From: Octopus vulgaris
Lineage: Eukaryota
Reading direction: 5' to 3'
NCBI GenBank assembly: GCA_951406725.2
Contig: OX597816.1
Coordinates: 10,106,001 to 10,170,000, forward strand
DNA length: 64,000 nt
In this document: piece by piece, positions 1-12,068 of the stretch
Layout of the letters: each line of letters opens with the position of its first letter
How positions within the stretch are numbered: position 1 is the stretch's first letter
Translations under genes and position numbers: made by a program
The notes under the pieces: generated by a model
Told to the model about the DNA's origin: nothing
The model's input: the letters and a program-made list of their open reading frames with translations, nothing else
Databases searched by the model: none

Positions 1-1433
1 TTGTCAACATCTTTATAAAAGGTAATAAATATATATACCTTATTAAAAAAGTGTTGAAAAATCCTTCAGTTTAATGTTAAATTGTTTTAATATATAATTT
101 GACATGAAAACAAACTTTAATGTGTGTGTGTGACTCTTAATATGTACTTTCCTGTCATTTTCTGTTATGTTTTCTGTGTTCTTTGCATGCAATTGTAGCT
201 TTCATTAGCACTTTCCTTTATGTGACTTATGCCTGCTCTCTGTCCCCTCTTTTAGCTTCTTTCAGCAAGTTGTATTGCATCTAAGCACTGTTGTCAGTAA
301 ATTCATTGTGTGTATCTACTACATATGTGGAAAATCGGTGTGTGTTTGTTTGTGGTGTTGTTAGCTAACTTCTCCTACATCGTTTTATTGATGTTAATGA
401 AAATTGACACGTGAGTAGAACTTATGACTGGAAACCTCATGACATACTTAGATTGTTGAGAAAATCGATAACATAGGGAACTTTATATCTACCTCATATA
501 ACTATTTTAAAAAAACCCAAGGGAAATAACCCATAGCACCTGCACAATATTTTTTTTTAAACACTCAAGGAAAATAACCCATTTCATTGTTTATGTTTGA
601 TTACTTTGAATATTGATTTTTTGTGTGTCCTATTACTAATTTTTGAGACAATATCAATTTTATACTTTATTTAATACATGAGTAGAACTCATGTCTGGAA
701 CCTCATTACATACTTAGATTGTTGAAGAAAAATTAATAATAGGGCTCCTCCAATGGATCCTTCTATCTTCTACATATTACTAATATTTTATTCAAACAAT
801 CCATACCACCTGCAGTTTTTAGTGAAGCAATCAATATTTGATTCTAATGATCAGCTGACCTAATTCTACATTTCACCACTCTCAGTTTTGAACTGCTAAA
901 CATTATTATTGCACTTCCTTAATTTGAATCTTAAACATTAAAGACTTCATTCATACATTTCTATACATACATACCTTTTTGAATGCCCATTATTCCGATA
1001 ATTCTGCAGTTTTACAGTTACACTTTTTCCATGAGAGTAGATAAATTTTTTATTCCAAAATGTATTTGTAGTGGCTTCATGCAGGCATTGTGTGGATTCG
1101 ATCCTCAATTGACAAATTTCACTTAAAACTTGAACAGCGCTTTTCTCACAGTAAAACAATAGTTTTTGTCTGTGAATGACAGCAGTTATACATTTCCCAG
1201 ATGCCTTTACTAAGCAGAATGATGTCTTTGCCTCTCACTAACCTCCGATAATCTTTCTCACCAACCTCTAAATACCTCTCTTGCCAACCTCCAGCTGACA
1301 AATTTTTGTACTTTTTTGTGACGGAAAATACACATTTTGTGGCAGTTATAACAAAATTGCTTTCTTATATCAGAGTAATAAGGCGTTTCAATAGAACATC
1401 TTTACCCCCAGTAATTACCGAGTACATCAGCTA

Positions 1434-1468
<35 letters not shown>

Positions 1469-1833
1469 GCTTATGAGAATTGGAACACTAGCTGCAATTT
1501 GAAATCATGATCCAGGTATATCTGTTACCGTATTCTACAGCTTTTTAAATGAGATGATGCGTTAAATTCCACTCGTTTGTCCCCTATTTCTGTTGGTCTG
1601 TTTAAATATTTTCAGTGAGATTCGTAGATAAGTTGGGGAATTTTACTTCCACTCCCTAGCAAGCTGGTGCTTTGTGTATGCTTTAATTCAGTTTAGAATT
1701 TAATGTATAGCTGTTTAATGCTAACATCACTTACTGCCACTTAGGTTATTGTTATTATCAATTATTTAGATTTGCTGCTGATCATAATAATAATAATAAC
1801 ATCTTTACGTGTATTCATTTTGAACATTTACTC

Positions 1834-1865
<32 letters not shown>

Positions 1866-1929
1866 TAATTCAATAAAATAGAGTCAACAAGAATGAGTAC
1901 AGTTAGACAGCTATTTAATAAATACTGTT

Positions 1930-3353
1930 TTAGTTAGAATCAAAAGGCCTTAGAGTCAATGTAGCAAAAATCAAAGTTATAGTAAGTAGGAAGGCGAACA
2001 CATCACACACCCCTTCAGGAAGGTGGCCCTGCTTGATCAGTAGAAAAGGTGTAGGTAGAAACTCCATGAGATATACCCAATGTAAGCTATGGACACATAA
2101 GAGATGCAACAACATCAAAGGAAGATTAACCTTGAAGATAGCTTTCATGTGTGGCAGATGCACAAGGGCAATAAACACCACAGATGCTCAGAAAACAGAT
2201 TCCATCACACTCCAGTGGGAGAAACTAGAAGTAGTTGATAGCTTCCGCTACCTAGGTGACCAAGTTAGTAGGGAAGGGGGTGCTCAGAGAGTGTTACCAC
2301 TAGAAAAAGAATAGCCTGGGCAAAGTTTAGAAAGCTTCTACCCCTACTGGTGACAAAGGGTCTCTCACTCAGAGTGAAAGGTAGATTGTATGACACATGT
2401 GTGAGAACTGCCATGCTTCACGGCAGTGAAACATGGGCCATGACTGCGGAGGACATGCGTAGGCTCAAAAGAAATTAAGCTAGCATGATCCACTGGATGC
2501 GTAATGTCAGTGTGCACACACGACAGAGTGTAAGCACTCTGAGAGAAATGTTAGACATAGGAAGCATTGGATGTGGTGTGCAAGAGAGATGTTTGTGCTG
2601 GTATGGTCGTGTACTACAGATCGATGAGGAAAGTTGTGTGAAGAAGTGCCACTCCCAAACATTGGAAGGAATCCGGGGTAGAGGTAGACCCAGGAAGCAT
2701 CGGATGTGGTGTGCAAGAGAGACGTTTGTGCTGGTATGGTCGTGTACTACAGATCGATGAGGAAAGTTGTGTGAAGAAGTGCCACTCCCAAACATTGAAA
2801 GGAATCCGGGGTAGAGGTAGACCCAGGAAGACATGGGATGAGGTGGTCAAGCATGACCTTTGAACGTTGGGCCTCATAGAGGCACTGACGAATGGGCGAG
2901 ACCTCGGAAGATATGCTGTGACTGCGAAGACCTGGCAAATAAAGTGAGTTCACAGCTGTATCCTACACCAGATATGCATAACCAGCCCCAGCCCATTCAA
3001 AAGTCCCTTGGATCGTAGGGCAACCTGTTGTGCATGAAGAGACCTATTGAGTCAAGTACATCAAAATGAAAATCAAATGGAAATTGTAGTTGTGATACCT
3101 GTGCCGGTGGTATGTAAAAAGCACCAATCAATCATGGCTGTTTGCCAGCTCCTCTGGCCCCTGTGCCGGTGGCACGTAAAAAGCACCCAATACACTTAGA
3201 GTGGTTGGCATTAGGAAGGGCATCCAGCTGTAGAAACACTGCCAGATCAGACTGCAGCCTGGTGCAGCCTCCTGGCTTCGCAGACTCTGGTTGAACTGTC
3301 CAACCCATGCTAGCATGGAAAACGGACGTTAAACAATGATGATGATGATGATG
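1930..3353 (+). mobile_element. 5'-truncated, decayed RTE-clade LINE: C-terminal RT region plus 3' UTR with (ATG)n tail
   Basis: Translates to LESKGLRVNVAK...LEVVDSFRYLGDQ...WAKFRKLLPLL...LHGSETW...WYGRVLQID...GRGRPRKTW, typical RTE-type ORF motifs with frameshifts and stops. Ends in CCAACCCATGCTAGCATGGAAAACGGACGTTAAAC(ATG)n. Confidence 0.85.
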
Positions 3354-3389
3354 CTGTTTCGATACAACGTAGATCCACATATGGGATGG

Positions 3390-3770
3390 AAGCACTCCGT
3401 CGGTTACGACGATGAGGGTTCCAGTCGATCCGATCAACGGAACAGCCTGCTCGTGAAATTAACGTGTAAGTGGTTGAGCACTCCACAGACACGTGTACCC
3501 TTAACGTAGTTCTCGGGGATATTCAGCGTGACACAGAGAGTGACAAGGCCGGCCCTTTGAAATACAGGTACAACAGAAACAGGAAGAAAGAATGAGAGAA
3601 AGTTGTGGTGAAAGAGCACAGCAGGGATCACCACCATTCCCTGCCGGAGCCTCGTGGAGCTTTAGGTGTTTTCACTCAATAAACACTCACAACGCCCGGT
3701 CTGCGAATTGAAACCCCGATCCTACGACCGCGAGTCCGCTGCCCTAACTACTGGGCCATTGCGCCTTCAC
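3390..3770 (-). mobile_element. tRNA-derived SINE (head 1 + tail X)
   Basis: Minus strand starts GGCGCAATGGCCCAGTAGTTAGGGCAGCGGACTCGCGG...GGTTTCAATTC (A/B-box-like). The tail GTACCTGTATTTCAAAGGGCC...GTCGTAACCGACGGAG is shared with 39735-40030 and 56283-56590. Confidence 0.8.
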
Positions 3771-4089
3771 TGGATCCACATATATACAGGAGGTTAAATA
3801 AGGCAATGGTTTATCTGTATTATGGGAACCGGTTATATCTCCTCTGTCCTCATTAGTAAACCTTTGACTTCGATGCTAACACATCCAACTGGCTTGTTTA
3901 CATGCTGGGCAGTTCCATTCCGCTTCGCACTCAACATGAGTGGTATTGGATACACTGGCTGTCCACCACTTTGTTTCACATGTTAAGTTGCACGTGCTAA
4001 ATTTTATTATTTCGCAAATACAATCGCCCCCCCACACACACACACAATTGCATCTTTAGGAATCCCCATACATACATGCATACAGATAT

Positions 4090-4123
<34 letters not shown>

Positions 4124-4223
4124 GTATGTGTGTGTATATATATAACTTATATTTGAACACTATACAAATATTCCTTTAAAAAAAACTTTTCTTTTAATTT
4201 TTCTAAATTTAATTATTTAATCG

Positions 4224-4266
4224 TTACAGTTGAAAAGGTCTCAAAATGACCGAAACCGGTACTGAA
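4224..4266 (+). ncRNA. Degenerate minimal type I hammerhead-like motif in a Penelope-like short repeat
   Basis: ttacag-TTGAAAA-ggtc(tcaaaat)gacc-GAAA-ccgg-TA-ctgaaa: stems I and II and the palindromic stem III (ACCGGT) are intact; the core has two changes from CUGANGA. Confidence 0.5.
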
Positions 4267-4368
4267 ATGTTCTTTATAAAATTATTTTAGCATTTTCTAT
4301 TTTGACTTGTTTTTTCATATATATATATATATATACACACATATTTATATATTTATACATATGTTTAC

Positions 4369-4399
<31 letters not shown>

Positions 4400-4542
4400 T
4401 GCACACACCGTACTCTTTCTTGTTGACTCTATTTTATTGAGTTTTATTTTCACACATGGAGAATGCCTAAACCTAGACTTGGAAGTATACCGTAATATTA
4501 CTGGCTGTTTGGTAATTCTAAGGGTGAATTACCAATTCACCT

Positions 4543-4572
<30 letters not shown>

Positions 4573-4573
<1 letters not shown>

Positions 4574-5140
4574 CATCATCATTTAACGTCCGCTTTCCAT
4601 GCTAGCATGGGTTGGACGGTTCAACTGGGGTCTGGCGAGCCCGAAGGCTGCACCAGGCCAGTCAGATCTGGCAGCGTTTCTACAGCTGGATGCCAACCAC
4701 TCCGAGAGTGTAGTGGGTGATTTTATGTGCCACCGACACAGGGGCCAGATGAGGCTGGCAGACGGCCATGCTCGGATGGTGTTTTTTATGTGCCACCGAC
4801 ACAGGTGCCAGACAAGGCTGGCAGACGGCCATGCTCGGATGGTGTTTTTTATGTGCCACCGACACAGGTGCCAGACGAGGCTGGCAGACGGCCACGCTCG
4901 GATGGTGTTTTTTATGTGCCACCGACACAGGTGCCAGACGAGGCTGGCGAACGGCCACGATCGGATGGTGTTTGTTATGTGCCCTCAGCACGGAGGCCAG
5001 TCGATGCGGTACTGGCTACGGCCACGTTCGGACGGTTTTCTTATGTGTCACCGGCACTGGAACCACAAAGATACAAATTCCATTGATGTTCATCTATTTT
5101 GATTTGGTTTGATTTGATTTGATTTGATTTTGATTTTGAT
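4573..5140 (-). mobile_element. RTE-type LINE 3' end with internal 63-bp tandem module (4+ copies)
   Basis: (CAT)n tail and CATGCTAGCATG terminus; GTGCCACCGACACAGG recurs at 4727, 4790, 4853 and 4916. Confidence 0.8.
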
Positions 5141-5189
5141 TTCACACATATATCTTTATATATATATTTATACACTAGTTCAGATTTAT

Positions 5190-5360
5190 AGAAAAATAAA
5201 AAAGAAGACAGGTGTATGAACAACAAGCAGGTGTAGTAGTTTAATGCTTGGGAAAAATGGAAATGTCTTTTACATTTTGATTCTATTCTCTTTGACAGAA
5301 AGGAATGAGAGGAAATAAATAGAGAGAGAATGAAAAAAAATGTGTTCAGTGGTCCAACAT
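5190..5360 (-). repeat. Short Penelope-like repeat, same family as 61560-61735, with decayed hammerhead-like fold
   Basis: The reverse complement aligns by eye with 61570-61735; fold at 5267-5302 reads cttt-CTGTCAA-a-...-tgt-a-aaag. Confidence 0.5.
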
Positions 5361-5394
5361 ATATATTTTATATATATGTACAACAGTAAATTTT

Positions 5395-6122
5395 TACTTG
5401 TTTCAGTCATTTAACTGTGGCCATGCTGGACTACCACATTTAGTTGAACAAATCAACCCTACGACTTTGCATGCCTAGTACTTATTCTATCGGTCTCTTT
5501 TGTGAACTGATATATATATACACACATACATGCCAGGCTTCTTTCAGTTTCTGTCTCCCAAAATCCACTTGGAAGGCTTTGGGCAACCCAAGGCCATAGT
5601 AGAAGACACTTGACCAAAGTGTCATGCAGTGGGACTGAACCTGGAACCATGTGGTTGGGAAGCAAGCTTCATACCACACAGCCACTCCTGCACATATATA
5701 TATATATATATATATTTCTTTTTTCTTTTCTTTTTACTTGTTTCAGTCATTTGACTGTGGCCATGCTGGAGCACCGCCTTTAATCGAGCAACTCGACCCT
5801 GGGAATTATTCTTTGTAAGCCCAGTACTTATTCTATCGGTCTCTTTTGCCGAACCGCTAAGTGACGGGGACATAAATACACCAGCATCGGTTGTCAAGCA
5901 ATGCTAGGAGGACAAACACAGACACACAAACATACACGCACATACATACACATACATATATACGACGGGCTTCTTTCAGTTTCCGTCTACCAAATCCACT
6001 CACAAGGCTTTGGTCGGCCCGGGGCTATAGTAGAAGACACTTGCCCAAGGTTCCACGCAGTGGGACTGAACCCGGAACCATGTGGTTGGTAAACAAGCTA
6101 CTTACCACACAGCCACTCCTGT
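5395..6122 (-). mobile_element. Two tandem copies of tRNA-headed SINE family A (5395-5690 internally deleted, 5735-6122 near full length)
   Basis: Head GGAGTGGCTGTGTGGTAAG...GGTTCAGTCCC (A/B boxes), internal microsatellite, tail CCAGCATGGCC(A/G)CAGTCAAATGACTGAAACAAGTAAAA. Confidence 0.85.
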
Positions 6123-6123
6123 G

Positions 6124-6203
<80 letters not shown>

Positions 6204-6664
6204 TCTAGTCAAAGTTTTATGCTTTGTTCTGAGATTTATATTTAATACAGAAAAGGACAATTGCAGTGAATTAGTTATGTGACCTAACTTATTTTGTGTG
6301 AAAGTTGGATAAAGACTGATATATTTATCTCATGCAGTGGTGTGATGAAGAGAGAATCAGACAGCTCAACATGTCAGGATGTGAAGATGTATCAGGTATC
6401 TATCAAGCACCAGTGATTTATTGGTTGCAACGGATGGAGGTGGGTGAAGTAAATGGAAGGAAGTGTAATAGTCATGCAATTTGTTAGATACAGTTGTGCT
6501 GTGTGATTAAGATATTGGATGAATGTCCACTTCAATTCAAACCCTTGTACGGCCATTGTCTTATGCTGTCTCATTTGTAATAACTTCTGCAGCAACAGAA
6601 GCTTTCTCAGCTGCGTTGAATTTATTAATATCACTTCTGTTATCTGTTTTCTCTCTCTTTGCAG

Positions 6665-6700
6665 CTCGTCTCTTGTTACTTTTACCTTCTCTGCTATAAT
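6665..6700 (+). CDS. Candidate 36-nt cassette exon of an unidentified host gene (phase-2 reading SSLVTFTFSAI)
   Basis: Acceptor ttatctgttttctctctctttgcAG, donor AT/GTGAGT, length 3n, non-repetitive context. Confidence 0.45.
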
Positions 6701-6814
6701 GTGAGTAACCATGTGGCACCCCTGCAGCCAGAAACATGTTCTAGTTTAGTAGATTCTTTCATACTTTAACCCCTCATCTTCTAGAATAAAACGGCTTCCT
6801 TCTTTCATGTAGTG

Positions 6815-7060
6815 GCTCATCGGTTGTCAAGCGATGTTGGGGGACAAACACAGACACACAAACACATACACACACACACACACACACACATACATATATA
6901 TACGATGGGCTTCTTTCAGTTTCTGTCTCTCAAATCCACTCACAAGGTTTTGGTCGGCCCGAGGCTATAGTGGAAGACACTTGCCTAAGGTGCCACGCAG
7001 TGGGAATGATCCCGGAACCATGTGGTTGGTAAGCAAGCTATTTAACACACAGCCACTCCT
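6815..7060 (-). mobile_element. SINE family A, 3'-truncated copy
   Basis: Matches the head and body of 5735-6122. Confidence 0.8.
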
Positions 7061-7114
7061 TGTGAGCTACATGGTATGTCACGAGTGCTGATGCCATGAA
7101 AAATAACCCATGTA

Positions 7115-7334
7115 CGAGGGGTTCCGCAAAGATCCTGGCTTTAAGGGTATCGCAAAATACCTGATCAGAGGTCCAACCTTTCAAGTTCTTTTAAGGGTTT
7201 AGAAAAACTGAAGCACTGCTGCAATAAGTGTGTGAACCTGAGAATGGTATATGTTGAATAAAATCATTATTAACTGATCCTCCTGTATTTTCTTTTACCC
7301 AAAACCAGGAACTTTTCAGCATGCCACCCCTTCA
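7115..7334 (+). mobile_element. Non-autonomous mariner derivative inserted in an RTE 3'-end copy
   Basis: TA-CGAGGGG...CCCCTTCA-TA termini with imperfect TIRs. Contains a mariner transposase C-terminus remnant (GLEKLKHCCNKCVNLRMVYVE*). The RTE tail resumes at about 7337. Confidence 0.7.
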
Positions 7335-7983
7335 TACAGTCTGTTAGGCGGTTGGCCTTAGGAAGGGCATCTAGTTGTAGAAGCCATGCTAAAAAGAGAC
7401 ATTGGAGCCCCAAGTGTTTTTTCTACTTGCTAAATCTTGACCTAGCGAACCTATGCCAGCATGGGGAATGAATGTTTGCCCATGCACTGTTCCACACACA
7501 TACACCCCATGGCTCTCCCCTACGTTATGATATCCATGGATACATTCCTATACATGCATATACATATCTGCATCGTCCCACCTCAATGTCCCTCCATAGA
7601 ACTGCTTTCCCACCTCATTCTTCTTTATCTCTCTCTCTTTTCTTTTTCAATCCTCATGCCTTTCTCCTTTCTTCTTCTGAAGCTTTTGTTTCCTTTTGTT
7701 GTTCATAGTGTTCATTGCATCACACACACACACACTCACATATACATACACAAGAACATATAATCATGGACAAATATATTTAGATCTTCATTCATTTAGC
7801 ATATTATTCCAAAGAAGAAAGGACTTGTTTCAAGCATGGTTTTATGGTTCGATGGACCAACTTGGCTCTAAAATTCTTGCCTCAAATAAGTCCTTGCCTA
7901 TCCCACAGCAAAAACAAAAAGAATAACAAACATTAAATGAATAGATGTATATGTCTATGTATGTGTATATTTATGTGTATGTA

Positions 7984-8018
<35 letters not shown>

Positions 8019-9763
8019 GCATATATGTATGTGTGTATATGTGTATATGTATTTGTGTATATGTATGTTTGTATATGCATATGTATGTATATTTATATAT
8101 GTGTGTGTGTTTATGTACATGATATGTATTGTCTGGGTGTAGGCAGTGCTTTGCGTATGTATGTATGTAGGTATGTATGTATGTATATGTGTATGCAAGT
8201 AGATGTATGTATGTGTATGCAAACATCTATGTACTCGTTTTGCAACTATGAAAGCACACATGCATGTATGTGTGTGTGTATGTATGTGTACCTCTGCATT
8301 TATGTGTGTGTATGTGAGTGTATGTAACAATGCGTCTCTGTGTTTCACTGCCTGTCTATACGTATGTATGATGTGTGTTGATTTATTTCCAAAGCATGCT
8401 ACTTCATCTCCCTTCTTATTTTCATTGTCTTTGTGTATCTTAACTTATAATCAAGTTGTAATCTCGGAATATAAACTGAAACCGTTCTAACAATGCTTTT
8501 AGATTATAAAAACAAAACAGATTCGGAAAGATTGTTATCCTTGTTACAGGCAGGAAAATTACCGATTATTTCACTGAAAAGTTCATGGTGCTGATTGAGA
8601 CTAAAATTTTCTTTGACTATCTAAATTTTGAGCTTAGTTAGAAAAGATGTATCTTTTTTTTTTCTTCTTTAATCTTCAACTTCTTCCTGTTGTTCTTGCA
8701 AATAACATTTTAAACTAATTCCGAGAGAATACTTGTCTGCGTTCGTGCGAGGGTGTATATGTGCATTTTCGGTTATGTATATGTGTGTGTATATTCAAGT
8801 GTTTCATTAGATATAAAGAGAATTGAGAGATCTAAACTTAATGTTAGAGCCAAAAAAAAAACAAAAAAAAGAAACAAACAAAGAAGAAGAAAAGGAAAAA
8901 TTATTCTAATGCAATCAGGGCAATAATTGGATGTTTCATTTTCCAAAAAAGCCACATTGTGAAATAGAAGACAATAAATATTGAGTTTCATAGTGAACAG
9001 TAAAAATTATCAGATTTTTTTTTCCTGGAATTCTAAAGTTAATAAGGATTAAAAAAAAAAATTTAAAAAAAAATGAAATTAAGTAAAACGGGGTAAGGTA
9101 AAAAACAGCCCTTACAGAAAATTTTATCAATGTAAGACTCGAAAATATGTTTTCCTACACAAAATCTTCCTTTTTCTTTATATTTGCTTTTTTTTTTTTA
9201 TATTTGTTGTAGTTTTAATTTTCGTTTATTTACCTGGTTCTGTTTAGATTTTTGTTTTTGCGTTCTCTGTGTCTGATTCTTCTTTTCTTTCTTTTCTTCT
9301 TTTGCTGCTGCTGCTGCTCCTACTCCTCCTATCTACTTTTTTTTTTTTTGTATTTTATTTCATTTTATTAAAATTTTTTTTTTTTTTCTTTTTGCTTTTT
9401 CTTACAATTTTCAGTGTCTGAAAGATTCCTTCTACTTATTTTGAAATATCGAGATTACGATTATGGATAGCAAATGCAATGTCAAAAATCATTTTGCAAT
9501 AGATATAGAAACGCATGCGTGCACACACACACATACACACACACACAACATAAGGAAAAACAACAACAACAACAACAACACTTAATGTATAAAAAAAAAC
9601 AACGAAAAGGCTTCACAAACACGAGATGTTAACATCACAAGCACATTTAACATATAAATAACCTACAGCAAAAATTGCAAAGATAATTAACTCACTCTTT
9701 GGTTCTATACAAATTCATCTGAAGCAAATTATAGACTAACACTGCTAAAATGCGTGCGCATGA

Positions 9764-9765
<2 letters not shown>

Positions 9766-9831
<66 letters not shown>

Positions 9832-10122
9832 ATATATATATATATGTATGTATGTATGTATATATATATATATATGTATGTATGTATATATATGTATATA
9901 TATATATGTATGTATGTATGTATATATATGTATGTATGTATGTATGTATATATATATATATGTATGTATGTATATATATATATATATGTATGTATATATA
10001 TATGTATGTATATATATATGTATATATATATATATATGTATGTATATATATATATGTATATATATATATATGTATGTATATATATATGTATATATATATA
10101 TATGTATATATATATATGTATG

Positions 10123-10153
<31 letters not shown>

Positions 10154-10172
10154 GTATATATATATGTATGTG

Positions 10173-10253
<81 letters not shown>

Positions 10254-10352
10254 GTATATATATGTATATATATATGTATATATATGTATGTATATATATA
10301 TATGTATATATATATATGTATATATATATATGTATATATATATATGTATATA

Positions 10353-10411
<59 letters not shown>

Positions 10412-10430
10412 ATGTATGTATGTATGTACG
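9766..10430. repeat. Long (TA)n/(TATG)n microsatellite array
   Basis: Directly visible; source of the YI/YM-rich ORFs. Confidence 0.95.
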
Positions 10431-10761
10431 GAAATATTTCTGTTTGAATAATCTACGTTTCATTTTTCCTTTTTTGTTAGTTGTTGTTCTCCTCTTTTTC
10501 CTTCCTTCTTTCTTTTCTTTTGAAGAATAGATTCTTCACAACAGGATTCCGACGGAGGATAAGGAGAGAGCAATTTTCAAAATTGAGAAAATTTCTTTAT
10601 TTTATTCTGAAAGTTGAAATCAATACAAATTATTTTCTTCAAATTAGACATTTTTCGGATTCTTCTGCACTCTTTTTATGGACATAGTTTTCCCATGCAT
10701 AAAAACATGTATGTATATTAATGTATGATGGTTATATACATATACATACATACATATATAT

Positions 10762-10792
<31 letters not shown>

Positions 10793-10804
10793 ATGTATGA
10801 TAGT

Positions 10805-10861
<57 letters not shown>

Positions 10862-11161
10862 TATATATAGATATATGCTAGCATGGAAAACGGATGCTAA
10901 ACGACGATGATGATGATGATGAATGCATGTATGTATCTGCTTCACACACACACATGTTATTAGCATATGTGACAGATAGATATTTATTAAAGCATATGTA
11001 TATATGAAAACTGGAGTTAATATACATGCATCTTTCTTCTGTTTCTTTGTCTATTTCTTTGTGCGCACACACACACACACATAATATATACCAGCACATA
11101 CAAATGGTATATCTATGCATATATAAATATGTATATGTAAATATATATAAATATGTATATG

Positions 11162-11211
<50 letters not shown>

Positions 11212-12068
11212 CATACATATATATATACACACACATACACACACAGAGACATGGATGTATACATATACAGTGAAAGGAAAGAGAAATACAACAGAGAGGA
11301 TATGTGCAAAATGTGTGAGTAAAAAAACATAAAAGAAAAACTAATATATAAAATTTCATAGAAATATTGTTTTTATATTACTTTCTATATTTTCTCACAT
11401 CATGAAAATGTAATCTTAATAATGTATGTATCTATTTCTGCTGCATTTTTGTTTAAAATATAGAATATCAGAAAGGTTTTTATCAAATTCTCAGCAATTG
11501 GCTTCAAGAAGTTTCCACTGTGTATGTTTTTTCCCCCTATACCACTCCTTTTTCTTTAGCATCTTTTCTCTAGAACACTAGGTGTTCCAGGTTGTTTAAA
11601 CAGTCTTTTTGTTATGCCTATATATTCGGTGCTTTTTTGACTTACAGGAGATTTTTGTTTCCAGTGTACATGCCACGAGAGTTTGGTTCAAATAATTAAC
11701 AACTTCTAACATTTAACTTCGGTACAAAGTCCCGCAGCTTAAGGAAATGGAATATTTAGCTCTATAGAGAAACAAGTATATGACTGGTACACATTTTGTA
11801 GACCTAAGATGGTAGGAAATGGTATAACTTTGTAGGATTCCAATTTAAAACATTAAGGTATACAACTATACATCTACAAGGCAGCTGATCCCAAACTCTT
11901 GTTCTGCTACAGAATGTGATGATTGGGTGCAACTGACTGCACACTCAGCTCGTTTTGGCAGCAGTACATTTTGGCACTGAACAAATGTACACATACACAC
12001 ACAAGTACACACAGAAATATACACACATAAAAAGTGTGAGAGTGATATTACATGTACAAACGTTACTA

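Noticed and set aside
4720-4990. CRISPR-like appearance of regular 63-bp units
   Set aside because: Units repeat along their whole length with no unique spacers, lie inside a LINE 3' UTR, and there are no cas genes in this eukaryotic DNA.
6338-6395. Possible exon after atgcAG
   Set aside because: Short pyrimidine tract and ambiguous donors; too weak to call.
6392-6712. 106-aa minus-strand ORF in unique sequence
   Set aside because: No recognisable motifs; the splice signals in this region are on the plus strand.
9729-10530. Long YI/YM/VC-rich ORFs (also ~7900-8400, 43750-44130, 48000-48570, 50650-51360)
   Set aside because: Translations of dinucleotide and tetranucleotide microsatellites; open in several frames and on both strands.
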